Source: Camelus ferus (taxonomy: Eukaryota). Taken from it: DNA of 64,000 bases. Position numbers and translations under genes: made by a program. Of this stretch, positions 38,211-51,569 are shown piece by piece. Below the pieces are notes generated by a model that saw nothing but the letters and a program-made list of their open reading frames with translations, ran no database searches and was not told the DNA's origin. The DNA lies in assembly GCF_009834535.1 (NCBI RefSeq), contig NC_045707.1, positions 48,672,001-48,736,000 of the forward strand. The letters run 5' to 3'. The first letter of the stretch is position 1. Every line of letters begins with the position of its first letter.

Positions 38211-38699
38211 CCAAGTTGTGGGTCCTGGGCCTATCAGGGATATGATTTGGGGGAGTAGAGAAATATTCTGAAGTAGAACTCCCCAAATAGTTATCAATTG
38301 TTGTGTAGCAAATTACCCAAAACACAGTGGCTTAATACTAAAAATATTTATTATAGTTCAGAGATTCTTTGAAATATATCAGTTTTATTCACTAACATAT
38401 TTCATGTATCTAGTGCCTGGCACTGATGAGGTGTTCAATTATTATTAAAATAAATATGAATGAATTAAATATAAAAGTGCATGTGAGTAAATGCATATAT
38501 GTTATATATATATATAACTAAATGCATAAAGTATCATGGCAGTTGATATTTTTATATATGGTTATTGCTTATACAATTGCTGTTGAATGCATTTTTTTCT
38601 ACAAATCTGTAAATAATAGAACATTTGGTGATGATGATGTTTAGTGAATTTTGACTTTTACTTTTGACTTGTAAAAGTCAAAATACTGAAAATACTTTG

Positions 38700-39160
38700 T
38701 GCTTTGGTTATCTATTGCCAAATAATAATCTACCCCAATACTCAGTGGCTTAAAACAACAACTATTTTGTTTAACTTGATCACAATTTGGCAATTTGGGC
38801 CAGGGCCAGTGGGGTTTGTTTCTGATCAAGGTGATTCCAGCTAGGGCCTCTCCTCTGGGGTACACCAACTGAGCATCTAGTTCCAAGATGCTTCAGTCAC
38901 ATGGACTCTTTGTGCAGTTGAATTGTCTTCCTCATAGCATGCCAGTTTCAGGGTAGTCAGGGCCTTACTTTGTGAGGAGCTCTACCTAGAATGCAATAGC
39001 TGAATCTCCCATCTTTCTTAACCTTTAGGCCAGCACCTGCATAGCATGACTTCCTCTGCATTGTACTGGTTAAAGCAGGTCACAGAACAAGCTCAGACTT
39101 AAGGAGAATGACTACACAAGAGTGGAAACATAGGGAGATATGGTTTATTGGGGAAAGAGG
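38700..39160 (-). mobile_element. MaLR LTR (MLT1F/G/H-like)
   Basis: gttatctattgcc..accccaatactcagtggcttaaaacaaca..ttccaagatgcttcagtcacatgg..ttcctctgcattgtactggttaaagca. Confidence 0.8.
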
Positions 39161-39728
39161 GTTCTGTGAGGGCAGAGAACTTGTCTTTACTGTCCAACAC
39201 TCTACTTCTTTTAGACCAGTGCCTCCTGGTTCATACTTTGGGCTAAACTATGTATTGAAACAACTGAGTAAAGGAATGGATAAATTATATGAGGAATAAG
39301 AAAAATTTTGGTTGACCAAAGAGGGGAAGAATTCAATAGAAGACTATTATAGAATAATGAAAAAGTTCCAGTTTTGACGAACAAAGCTTGCATGAAGTCT
39401 AGTGAGAGATTTCTGAGAGATGTTGGATGTCATAGGGAAGGTGATAGAGGGCCTAATGCAAGGAAAATATGTGACTCAGTCTAAAGAAAAACAAGCTATC
39501 TAAGCAGTTTAAAGGTATAATATTTGACATTTCAGCCATTATTCTTTCCCAATACATTGTAAACAGATATAAATGAAGCAACAATTCTGAAAAAGAAAAA
39601 ACAAAACAAAAAACTAACATCTTCAAGGAATGAAGCTTTGCAGAACAAAATAATGCCAAATAATCACTGCATTAAATTGTTCTATTAGCAACTCAATGAA
39701 GAAAAAAAAAACAGTGCCAAATAATCAC

Positions 39729-39954
39729 TGTTACAGATTGAATGTTTGTGTCCCTTCAAAATCCCCTGCCCCTTCCTCCGTGGGAGGTTACAGTGAGAAG
39801 ACAGCTGTCGATGAGAAAGCAGGTGCTCACCAGACACCAGATATGCAGGTGCCCTGATCTTGGACTTTCCAGTCTCCAGACTGTGAGAAATAAATCTTTA
39901 TAAGCCACCCAGTTTATAGTATCTTTGTCATAACAGCCCGAATGAACTGAGACA
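39729..39954 (+). mobile_element. MLT1A-like solo LTR with internal deletion
   Basis: TG..CA ends (tgttacagattgaatgtttgtgtccc...aactgagaca) and perfect 5-bp TSD atcac (39724-39728 / 39955-39959). Confidence 0.9.
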
Positions 39955-40619
39955 ATCACATTCATAAAAATAGTTGACTATTTTCCAAGTAAGAGAATAT
40001 CACTACTATTAATAAAGTTTAGAAAGGAAAAAAAATAGTACCAAGGAGAACTTATCTCATATTTTTGTTAGTTTGTGTACAATTAGGATTTCACTGAAAT
40101 AGAGATTATTGCCTAGCTTTTTAAAAAAAGTTTAAATGTAGGGTCATAAATTTTTTAGAAATTTCTGTTCCTTAAAGATATGTGCCATTTTGTGATCATA
40201 CAGTCCTCACACCTAGCAGTGTCCTGATGGAAAACCTCAAGTTTCAACCATGATGTGTCACATAATAAATCAATAAAATATATATTTGAGCTTCTGCTCA
40301 AAATTTTGTTATGTACTTGGACCTTGGGCAAATGTTCAGAAACCCAGAATTGGCTATGAACTAGTCACTGTTATGCCTATTATAGCATTGTTTAGTTTCA
40401 TTTGACAGTTGGGTTTCATTAAAATGCAGAAAAAAAGAGTATTAAATATGCTCAAAATACATTTAGTTTGGAAAGAATGTTTTCTAACATAGAAAAGGCC
40501 TGGTAAATAAAAGTCAGCACATTAGAAAATAAATACAGACACTCAATTTGCCCTTTTGGGTTACTGTTCTATACAGGATAAGCCTTAACTACAGACTTGA
40601 ATACATGGTTAGTACTGTA

Positions 40620-41280
40620 TAAACTCATTCAGTCATTTACTCAGTAAATATGGATTGAGACTGTATTATGTGCCAAGTCTTGCTCTATGCCTTAGAATCA
40701 ATCATTGAACAAAAATAATAACCACTACCTTCATGGAGTTTATATTCTGATGAGGGAAACAAAAAAAGAAAAATAATGATAAAAATACATGATGTTGCAT
40801 GTGAGAAGGTAATACATGTTATGGAAATAATAGAGCGTGGTAATGGGGGGCTAGTGCCAAGTATACGGGAGAAATAGGATACAGCTAAATAGGGCACCAT
40901 GTTAGGGCTCATAGAGAGGTAACTCTGAGGGGAGGTGTACAATGTAAGGGATGAGTTTTTCATGCAAAGGGGATTACTAGTGCAAAGGCCCTAAGAGAAG
41001 AGACTACCTGGCTTACTTGAGCGACAGCAAGATATTAATAATGGCAGGATGGGAGGGAGTGAAGGATAGAGTATCACAAGGTAAGTCTGAGAAGTTATAG
41101 TGGTGGTTGGGGAGAGGGGAGTATTTTTCTGAAGGCCCTCATGGGCCTTTTAAAATTTTTGGCTGATTTTTTTTTAAATGGAAATGCAGAGCCAGTGTAT
41201 AGTCTTGAACAGAGAAGTTTTATGTTGTGAATTAGATTTCAACACCTCATGCATATTGCTGTTCTGAGTATAGCCTGGAA
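40620..41280 (-). mobile_element. LINE-2 (L2a-like) 3' region
   Basis: cattcagtcatttactcagtaaatatggattgag..tatgtgccaag..ctaccttcatggagtttatattct..gtgcaaaggccctaag. Confidence 0.8.
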
Positions 41281-41574
41281 TGGGTTAGTGCTGCTCTCCC
41301 TGAGCACGCAAGTCTAAAGTCCTTGCCTCACTGCCTCAGATTTCTTCATCAGTCATCTTATGATGCTGCTGCTCACATGATTTGAATGAGTTCTTTGGAA
41401 CACATGGTTTTTATTTGCTCCCTTTTTTCTAATGCCATGTAAATTCGTCATTAGTGGAGAGATTTTGGACACTTTAATAATCTAGAAAGAACAAATGAGA
41501 AGTTTTTTACCCCATTGCCTGCATTTGTGGTCTTTCCATTGGTAAACTCCAAACAGTAGAAATATTAATTACTT

Positions 41575-41700
41575 GAATGAACTAATTAAACAAATATTTA
41601 TTGTATGTCTATATGTGTCAGGCACTGTTCTATGCTTGGGCATTTAGCAGTAAACAAAATAAACCAGGACCCTACTCTCATGAAGTTCATATAAAATTTC
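41575..41700 (-). mobile_element. LINE-2 3' end
   Basis: aacaaatatttattg..atgtgtcaggcactgttcta..gaccctactctcatgaag. Confidence 0.75.
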
Positions 41701-41929
41701 AAACAATATATGCAACTTACAATGTACATATTGAAGGTTAGCTCCTATACACATAACTTGAATTTCATTTCAAAGAAGTAGACATGGGGGAAATCCTACT
41801 TAGGCTTATCACCTTCTTTCATAGGAACCATACCATCAAAGATCACAGGATATTTTCTAATCTAGTTTTGTGCCTTTGAAAAGGGAGGGTGTAATTCTTG
41901 TGTTTACAACATTTGTTCCTCCTTTTTCT

Positions 41930-42477
41930 TCATAACCATATGCTAGTTTTATTCTACTTTCCTCTCTCTCTGTGCAGCTCATGTGAGTAAGGGGAAAATA
42001 AGTCCAAACCTAGCTCTAGGTATGACCCAACTGACCTAAGCCAATAGGCACAACCTACGGGGGTTGGCCTTCCGGGATGAGCACATGATTGAATTCAGAT
42101 CAATGTGATGGGAGGAGATGTTTTTGAGAGCTGCTGAGAAAGAATCTCCCATATTCTCCCAAGAGAGCTCCTCAGACCAAAGTTCTCTCTGTCTGCTCAC
42201 TGTAAATGAGTCACTGGTAGTCACTAGCAGACCCTGGTAGCCGTCTTGTAACCCTAAGGAAAAGTAGCCCTAGGTTGAAACAGCGCTAAGAAAGGCGCCA
42301 AGGAGGTACGGAAAGGAACAGAGTATTTTGGGATCAGGAACACGGCATCAAACCTTGCCTAAAGCCAGACATACCTCTGGTCTTCAGCTACTTAGCCCAT
42401 TAAGTTCCTCTGTTGTTTAAGCCTGAGCTTGAGTCAAGTTTTCTATTACTTCAGCTAAAGGATTCCCACGTGATACA
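41930..42477 (+). mobile_element. MaLR LTR (MLT1J/K-like)
   Basis: ctaagccaatag..gatgagcacatgatt..cctaaagccagacatacctctgg..tgtttaagcc..ttttctattacttc..tgataca. Confidence 0.7.
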
Positions 42478-42809
42478 ACTACTACATGGCCAGTGCTAGC
42501 AATAACAAAGGAATAACACAGAGTCTGTGACCTCAAGGGATTTACATTTTAGTGACAAGCAGAAGAGTAATTAGATAACTAATTAGAGTTATGTGGTTTA
42601 GAATAAAGGAAAAGAGAAAGATCCATCTAGCAAGAACCCACTCAGCTTGTTGGTGAGAGGGAAGGGTTGCCAAGGGAGATTTCTTGGAGATGATCCCTGA
42701 AATGCCTTTTATAAATAACTGAGGCAGAGAAAGAGAACAGTCAAAAGAAACAGGGCCAACACTCTTGATGAGAGTACTTGTTAACATTTCATCTTTGCTA
42801 TTTCTCTGT

Positions 42810-43015
42810 CGTGCTCAAATATTTGCAGATACTGTCCCATTTAATCCCTACAACAACTCTGTGAAGTACATACCTCTATATAAATGGGGGAAATTGAGGC
42901 TAATAAAAAGTTAAATGACTTGACCCATTTTCAAATAGCTAAGAAATTGCAGATCTGGGAACCAAACCAACACTTTGACTGAAGGACCCAAATCTGAATT
43001 CACTATTTACCACTG
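42810..43015 (-). mobile_element. MIR SINE
   Basis: ccatttaatccctacaacaactctgtgaagta..ggaaattgaggct..gttaaatgacttgacc. Confidence 0.75.
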
Positions 43016-43651
43016 GCTTCCAGAATGTGGGGACTAACGCGAACATTTTCACTTCAAATATTTCTTTATATATGGAGCCTTGGATAAGAGCAGGAGTGGA
43101 AATAAGTGAAAGTAGAGAGGAAATCAGGGGCTATGTTATAAAAGGATCTCATGCTCCAAAGTTGAGATTTTAGATCTGGAAATTTAATTGCTTATACAAA
43201 GGGATTCTAAATGCTATAGTCTTGGTTTGCACCAAGGCATGTCTGATCACCAGAAAACATCTGCATCAAGTAGGGGCCAGTTACTGAGATTCAGTAAAAT
43301 CAACATGACTTGTGATTATCTCAGAAGTGTTGCAGAAATTCCTGGGGCTCATCTTGCAGTAACATAAGCATACATGGAATCTAAGAAACATTATCACATA
43401 TAGCTAAAAGTCTTCTCAAAGGATCTTATACAAAACCACATTTATTTCATGCATATAGAATATTTGACATATATTTTAATGAATGGCAGAGTCTATAAAA
43501 TAACACTATTAGACATACCAAAGTCTTGTATAAACAAGAATTTCTATGAAATGGAGTATAAACTAATTGATGTTTATTAAACTATTCATACTCAGGAGCT
43601 GTTTGAACTTTATTTAGATTGCATTTCTTAAAATAAAACTTTTGTTTATAG

Positions 43652-44415
43652 AATTCTTTGCTGGTGGGAATACAAAATGATACAACGGTTATATAAGACT
43701 GTTTGGCCGTCTCTTACAAGTTAAACAGTACAGTCCAGCAATAATGCTCCTAGGTATTAAATGAGTTAAAATTTATGTCCATTCAGAAACCTGCCCATGA
43801 ATACTTATAGCAGCTTTACTCATAATTGCCAAAATTGGAAGCAACCAAATGTCTTTCAATAGAACAATGGATAAGCAAACAGTAATGTAATTATGCAACA
43901 GAATATTATTCAGTGATAAAAATAAGCTATCAAGATACAAAAAGACAAGGAGAAACTTTAAATCCACGTTGCTAAGAGAAAATAGCCAACGTGAAAAAGC
44001 TACACACTGTATAATTTTAACCATATGATATCCTGGGAAAGGCAAAACTATAGAGATAGAAAAAAAGTCAGTGGTTTCCCAACTTCAGGAGGAGGGAAAC
44101 AGGGATGAACAGGTGGAGCACAGGGCACTTTCAGGGTTGTTGAAAATATTCTGTGTGATACTACAATGGAGGGCACATAACATTATGCATTTGTCAAAAG
44201 TGTACAACGTAAAGGGTGAACCCTCATGCAAACAATGGACTTTAGTTGATGTACCAGTATCGTTCATCTGTTGTAACAAAAGCACCACACTAATGAAGGA
44301 TGTTAATAATAGGGGAAACTGTGAGAAGTGAGTATACAGACACTCTTTGTATTTTCTGCATGATTCTTCTGAAAACCCAAAACTGCTCTAAAAAATTAAA
44401 TCTATTAAAATTTAA
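43652..44415 (+). mobile_element. L1MC-type LINE-1 3' region
   Basis: ttgctggtgggaatacaaaatg..tttatgtccattcagaaacctgc..ggcaaaactatagaga..ggatgaacaggtggagcacaggg..aactgctctaaaaaat. Confidence 0.9.
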
Positions 44416-44499
44416 AATAAAACATTTATTGAGAGGTCATTAGAGGGCAACATAAGCCACGGATAATTAAATTCTGACATTAGCAGTGTAAGTTCTAAT

Positions 44500-44690
44500 A
44501 CATTTTAAAATTCAGAGAGACCCTAGCGGTTCTCTAGTCTAAGCATGTCTTTGTTCATTTTAGAACCTCAAGTTCAGAAAGTGTAATGACTGTTGCCTTG
44601 GCCACAAAGCATGAAAATGGGAGAACCTGGATTTGAACTCAGTTCACTTGACTTAGAGTTCATAACATTTTTCACTTCACCAACTGATTG
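44500..44690 (-). mobile_element. MIR SINE
   Basis: agagagaccctagcggttctctagtcta..gttcagaaagtgtaatgactgttgcc..cctggatttgaactcag. Confidence 0.6.
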
Positions 44691-46558
44691 TAGTGTGAAA
44701 GAGTCCAGGATGCAGAGCCATGGCATGAGGTCTTCTGAACAGCAGTGCAAATATAAATGTACATTTCCTATGTGCTTTTGCTTTCCAACAGTGGTCCATA
44801 TTTTGAAACAACACACACACCTACATGCGTGGGTATACACTTGCACGCACAAGCACACTCATATATACAAACACCCTTTATCAAGTTCTTTTGATTGTTT
44901 CATATAAAGAAATAAAAAGCTCTTAGGGCAGAGCTTATTTTTATAGATTCACTGAACAATATTTCTCTGAGTTGTTGGATTACATTTTTGGGGATGAGAG
45001 GAGGAGGAGTTACTGAACAATTCCTAGCTTGTATAAATCCTTTCTTTTTTTAAATCTAGCCATCTGTGTAGATTTTTGTAATTTGGCAGATCCTGTATCT
45101 GGATATGACAGATTTCAGCTGGAAAAATATGTTGTGAAAAATCTTTCAGATGTCCCATCACAACTGGGACCTCTGCTAAATCCAAAAGTGCAGCTGGACC
45201 ATATTATTACATAGTTATTTTATTTGCATTCCTGACCCCTAAGGAGTAAGTGGATTTCCATCTGGTATATTATATCATTATTCTTCTATGATGAAGGTAA
45301 GCATTTTTTTTAAAGTTATGCTAACTGCATAACTACATTAAATATTATCAATCAAATTATTTGAAACAATATTATTCTTTACTAACTTAGCAAGGAACTG
45401 TAATACCAACTATATCTCAAAAAAGAATATTTGAATATGATCATAGTTAAATAACTTTGCACAGTTAAAGTTGAGAATTAAAGAAGGATAAAATAAAATT
45501 TTATTCAATAGGCTTTTAAAATAATGTATCTTTAAAAGCATCTATTATCTCTCTAGTGTATGTGACTTCCTCAAAGTCTCAAAGCTAGTCTTTACATATC
45601 TCTTGACCAAAACCTCAGGCTTTTCCTGAGTTAGAGGATAGCAGAGTTCATACTGTCAGAAAGAGACAAAGAGAAAGAGACAGAGACAGAGACACAGAGA
45701 AAGAAAAGAAACAAGAATGGGTTTCTCAAGTAAATTATAATTTACATCAAGATTCTCCTATCTGCTATGTGATTTCAGCTCTAGAGCAGGCAGATGCTCA
45801 AATCCCAGTGTCACAGATGAAAGCCTGGCCACCCGGTGAGGTCAAGTGTGCTCTCTGAGTTAGTGGGGTCAGAAGTTTACCTCAATTTTCGGCTTTAAAT
45901 TATATCTGTCTGCTTCTACAGCAATAGAGAAGAGACATTATGAAAATGTGTTCTCTGCTTAATTACACACCATGCCAGGATCTTACTCCCCTTGAAATAC
46001 TTTGGTAGATGAAACAGTTTAAAAGTGCCAACCATTTCATATGAAAGAGAGTTCCTAAAGTAAACGTGCTGATATAAAGGGCAACTATTGACGAGCATCT
46101 TATGTTTGATAAACTTACTCTCTTCCATTCAGAAAGTGACTAAATGCTATTTGTGTTCAAAAGTATGTCTTTCGGAGAGGAAAATGTGGTGCCGGTCTAG
46201 CTGCTCCTCTCAGAGTTGCTGGTATTGGAAATGACCCAGCAGAATCACACAACTACGCCTACAGCTCGTCTTCACATTAACCACCCTTGGCAATGGTTTT
46301 CCATTATAAGGCCAGGCTGAGAAGGCTTCCAGTACGGGGAAGTACTGTGGAGTTGTGACCTCAAGACCCTTGATTTGAAAGAAGAATTCCACATGGCTGA
46401 GAGACAATAATTGGCGTCCAGAGCAGTGGGGCTCCATGGAGGCCACAGCTGTATCCCGGATGGGACAGAGCAAGTGCTTGCTTGGCAAGCAGGTCCAGAT
46501 TGTCACAATTCATGCCGTAGATGTGGGACCTCAGAAGGAGATTGTTAAATTTAACGCA

Positions 46559-47010
46559 TGCTGGCTAGACTCTATTTACCATCCCTGCCCTGTCCTGCGT
46601 CCCAGAGGGCTGACCTCTGTGGACCTCATTATGGTGCTTCCTTTAGTCTCTGGCTTCCACTGGGTCTGACAAATGAGAGTACTCTGCAGGGCAGGGGCAG
46701 AAGCGACTTGCTTCACCTCCTTCCCCACCAGCTGTGACCCTGTCAGGGGCTGTGTGCCTCTGCTTCTGCTGAGGCACTTACTCAGACCCCAGCCTCCAGG
46801 CACAGATTTCCCCGGATTCTGGTAGTACTAGTGCCCTCCCTCTTCCCTCCAGGGATGGTCATTGTCTGCAACTATTGCTTCTTCCTGGATGGATCAGCCA
46901 GTTCTCTCTACTTTATCACCTGAACACACCTTTGTTTAGCTCCTTCATTAAAGTCTTTTCAATTCAATACTTTGAGGTGTGTTCTTTTCTGCTCACATCC
47001 TAACTAATAT
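46559..47010 (+). mobile_element. LTR33A-like ERV-L LTR
   Basis: ccctgtcctgcgtcccagagggctgacctctgtggacc..ctctggcttcc..ccttcattaaagtcttttcaatt..cctaactaata. Confidence 0.75.
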
Positions 47011-47019
47011 AAAGTAATA

Positions 47020-47250
47020 ATAATTGCTAATAAGTATTATTATATGTCAAATAATATGTTAAAAAGTAGAAATGCCTTATAAAATCTTACAGTAAATGTC
47101 TGAGGCTGATATATATTATTTACAAATAAATATTAGAAAACTGAATGATTTCCCCAAGGACATGCATCTCAAATGGATGAACTAGGACTCAGGCTCTGAT
47201 TTTCTGATTTCAGAGATTAGTCTCATTTATTATGTGATCCTACACTGCAA
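47020..47250 (-). mobile_element. MIR SINE
   Basis: aatcttacagtaaatgtctgagg..gaatgatttccccaaggac..aactaggactc..tctgatttcagag. Confidence 0.55.
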
Positions 47251-48929
47251 ATCGTCACACCCTCAAGCAAATATCAAAAGAGCCTATGTTATAAAAGAGC
47301 TTAGAAAAATTCGCAGTTGAGAAAAAAATAAAAGTCTGACCTTCCAAATTGTATTTCCAAAAGGGTAAAATTTCCACATTCTACTTGACTATTAGAGCAT
47401 GAGATGATACAGCAGGTATTCATACTTCCTAAACCAACAGTGTATATTTTCACATGTGGAAAGTCTGGTTTTAACATTAGCTACGTGGTAGTGCAATGCC
47501 TATATAAATCTGCCTAACAACAAAATGAATGATACAACATCTGTCACTGTTTTCACTCAAAAACACCAATAACTGTGCAGCCTAATCCCTTAGAGACAGG
47601 CTGATCTCATCCTGCATTTGATGTCCTGAGAAATATCTACTGATCTATAAAACTTATCACCAGCTGCAACAGAGAAAATCTGTCATTAGTTGTTTAGTAA
47701 GTGTTAGTAGTTAGCTTTTCCAGTGGAGCCTAGTAATACTGGAGAGCATCCTGTCCACAATTTTTAAAAATCAGTTAAAGTATTGTCTTAACCTTGACTA
47801 CTTATTATTATAGGGGATGTGATATTCAAACACTTTCTGTTAGAGTTATGCTGAAATATGTTACTGTCAGAAGATACAAGGATCAATTCATGCTGGAGTC
47901 ACAAAAGTAAAAATTATGGCTACACAGCTGAATTGGTATTATTTATGATAAGTTCCAAGCAGTTCATCTTCTTTGGTTATGTTATTCTGTATCAGGGAAA
48001 AAAAGAAATATTAGCTCTGAGAGCTACAGGGACACAGTTGGATTTCAGTCTTTTATATTGCTCATTTGAAAACATGAATGCTATGCTCAAGACTAAATTC
48101 AGTCTTACTCATTTTACCTTATATGTTTCTGTAAGAAGCAAAAACTAATCGAATGTATGCATGAAGGGATCAATAAATGAACCAACCAACCATTAGACTG
48201 AAAATTATTTGCCCTACATGTTGAGAGCTGATTAATATAAAAATTACCTTATACAATATTTAAAAATTTCTAATTTACTTGATTCTCCTTCTACTCATAA
48301 AGCAGTGGGAGGAATTTCTCACTTACTGAACATCTCTTATGTGTGAGATAATTGCCTCATGAACTTGTCTAAACCTTAAAATAATTACAGCATGTATTCA
48401 AAGATGATTAACAGTTAAGAATAAGGCCTTTGATGTCAGATTTGTGTTTGAATCCTAGCTGGCGATATGAATAGACCCAGAATTTCTGTATAGAAAGGAT
48501 ATGGAATTTTAGGGGATCACAAATAAAACTCATATATAGGAGATAAGTGATAGGACAGATATGTCAACTTTATTGCCAGTAAAACCTATATTGGAAGATG
48601 TGGCTTAGGTTAATAGCCAGATAGGCTTGGGAATATTCTCTGTTCTTTATATCCACCCTTAATCCTACTTTAGACATCAGAATAGCTAACTGATGGAAAA
48701 CCTGAAGTCTACTGAGGGCAAACAAATTTACAAATAATTGCTGCCACTCACAGTTCTGGAATAAAAATGGAAGGAAACAGAATGAATAGAGAAGCACACC
48801 CCAGTGCATATGAACTGAAGGTCATTTAGTGCCATCTGGCTGAGCACAGTGCCAGGCACAGCACATAATGCTTAACAAATGATAGTTATCACTGCTGCAA
48901 GGCACACATGTTCCAATTTTTCTATCCAA

Positions 48930-49093
48930 CTCCAGCGTCTCCAGGAAGGAATGCAGCCTTACTGACATCTTCATTGTAGACCAGTAGACCATTTTCAGAT
49001 CTCTGACCTCCAGAATTGTAAGATAAAATGTGTGTTGTTTCAATCCACTCAATGTGTGGTAATTTGTTATGGCAGCAATAGAGCACTAATATA
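48930..49093 (+). mobile_element. MLT1D-like LTR 3' part
   Basis: ctccaggaaggaatgcagcc..tgacctccagaattgtaagataaaatgtgtgttgttt..gtggtaatttgttatggcagcaatag. Confidence 0.85.
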
Positions 49094-51569
49094 GACTGCA
49101 AAGGCGAACTCTTCTCTGTACCACACTCTCCTGAGTCTTAACTGGACAAGGACTGGATCAAAGGCCAAGATCTAAGGCCTGGGTTAGAAGATGAGGTGGC
49201 ATGAATTCCAGATGTTCACAACAGCAAGAAAGACATCTCCATGTAAATGTGTTATTTGCCACTGACATACTGTGACAAATACTAGATAGGAGGTTTTGGT
49301 GAAAAGAGTATGAAAGAGTCAAATCTCTTACCTCAGTGACATGTCCTCTTTTAGAGGAACTGAATAAAATGGCAAAGATAGAGCATTTCTATAATATTTT
49401 TTTCATGAACACATTGTGCTTCATAGGCAATTTTAAACCACACTGTCATTCTGTGGCTCTGTCAGTAAAAACTGGTTCCCAAAATACAGATTACTCCAAA
49501 GCAGAAGAACTCCAAAACAATGTATCATGTCCATTTAACTCTACCTTTTAATCTAGCACTAAACCAAAGCATTTTGGTGAAAAAAATCCAACAGTAAGAC
49601 TATCTTGTTCTATTTTAGAAACTACTAAAATTGGCTATTAATAGTTTAGGTTAATTATGGTCTTTAGGACATAAGTTGCTTTTTTGAAGTAGAGCTGCCC
49701 TAATGCTTATTCCACTCAATTGAAATTGGACCTTTTCTTTGGGTTCTACTTGGGAAGGAACCAATGCCAACCAGAGGGCATGAAGTACCATAGGCTTCAG
49801 GTGGGAAACATTAAGAAATTATAAATTATATTAATCAAACTTGGTCTCTTCATAGCAACTTACAGTAACACATCAGAACTTTACAGAAGTTCATCTGCGC
49901 ATTATTTTTTCATTGCTTCTTAAAAACCAGTGTGTGGAAGATGTTTGGCTATGCATTGACCCAGAATCCTGGATCCTCAGATCAGATTTTGTTTTGCTCA
50001 CTCACTCATCCCTGACCAACTTTGCCTCTCCTTTGTGTCTGGAGGGTAAGATTTGGAAAGAATTTCGAAGGGCTTCTGCTCCCTAAGACCACTGCTTCTG
50101 CTCTGGGATGGCAATTTAAGGATCTGAGTTTTCCTCCTCTACCAAGGTTTCTAGGAGAAGCAACTTATAAAACACATCTGGAACACACTCTTGTATGAAA
50201 TGGAAATTCCCTGAAGTGAGTAAGTGCGTGTGATTCGTGATAAATACTTAAGTATTCATTCACAGACTAACTTGCAAAATTTTGAGTAATCATCCAGGGA
50301 AAACACATGCAGTGTAAATAAAGATGGTATTAATAAATAGTAGATGTCGTTTTCACAAATTAACAGCTATTTCTGGAAAATTGAAATTTGAATATGGAAG
50401 TTTTCCTGACTCCAGGAATGCCTCTCTCCAGATCAGGCACATGGATATTTTTATGTCTTTTAACATGAGTTTCATGTTTTAAAATCCTCAATGTACAAAT
50501 TTGCTTCTATGTAAATGAAATATTTGTCAATACCTCTCTGTATTGACAAATAGAGGTAATGTGCATTTTCTCTTAAACTAATTAATAATTCTACTGGCAA
50601 TTAACACTTTTTATCTTTTATGAGCCTGTATCAGAGAACACCATTCTCTCCAACACCATTCTGAAAGCTTTTACAGATTGCAAACTAATTCAGATAAATG
50701 AAGAATGCCAAGAATTATTTGTTCCAGAATAAGGTTTTCTTTCCTTTGAATAATGAAGTAGTATCCCTGATTTTATCTATACATACCTGAAAACCCCAGC
50801 TCTTTTCTTTTCAATAAAGTGATAAGATGCCTTTATGGACATTAGAAAAATATCACTTTTAATAATAACACAGGCTTTTCGAAGGATGAGTTGATGGGAA
50901 ATCAAATGATGTTCTCTTTAGGCAGGTGATTAGAAGAAAGACCACACTTTAGACAAATATTAACAGATTAAAGCCTGGATTTAAGCCCTCACACATATGG
51001 ATTTGCACTCTAAACCAGCAGCTAAACTACCCAAAAGCACCCAGAAGACTTTTACAAAATAGACCCTCAATAACTAATCTCTTTACTTGGGCTTTTGAAG
51101 GTTTTTTTTTTTTTTAAGTACTTTTTCTTGTTCTTTTACAAAGAGCAGTCGTTTTAGGCTGTCAGTCAATGGCCCATCGAAGGGATGAATGGCCAAGTGG
51201 TTATGCAAATGAGAAACAACAAAAACCCCAGTAATTACTTCGAGATAAGTGTCGGTAGCCTAAATACAACTTAGTCTACCTTAAGAGCTATGGAACAGCA
51301 CAGATAATCAATTACTTCTGTGGAGCACTCTGTCAACAACCCTTTCCCTCCAGGGAGTCATTATTGCACTAGATGCTTATAACAGCTGGAGGGGGGAGTT
51401 GTTGTTTCCTCACTTGTTCAGTTGCAGACTCTGAAGCCCCAAGTATGCACACCTGTAATATATACACCACACTGAAGATATAATAATGATTGTAATATAA
51501 AGCAGCAAAGTAAAGTTCAAATGTAGCAAAAGGGTAGTTTGTAGGAAGTGTGTTCCTACCATTGTGTTT

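Noticed and set aside
45029..45302. ORF with DPVSGYDRFQLEKYVVKNLSD and nearby GTAAG donor-like sites
   Set aside because: The frame stops before the donors, there is no recognisable homology, and such splice-like words are common by chance.
46355..46450. Minus-strand WPPWSP...KSRV resembling the Tc1/mariner WPPxSPDL motif
   Set aside because: The catalytic Asp and all upstream DDE motifs are absent and there are no TIRs.
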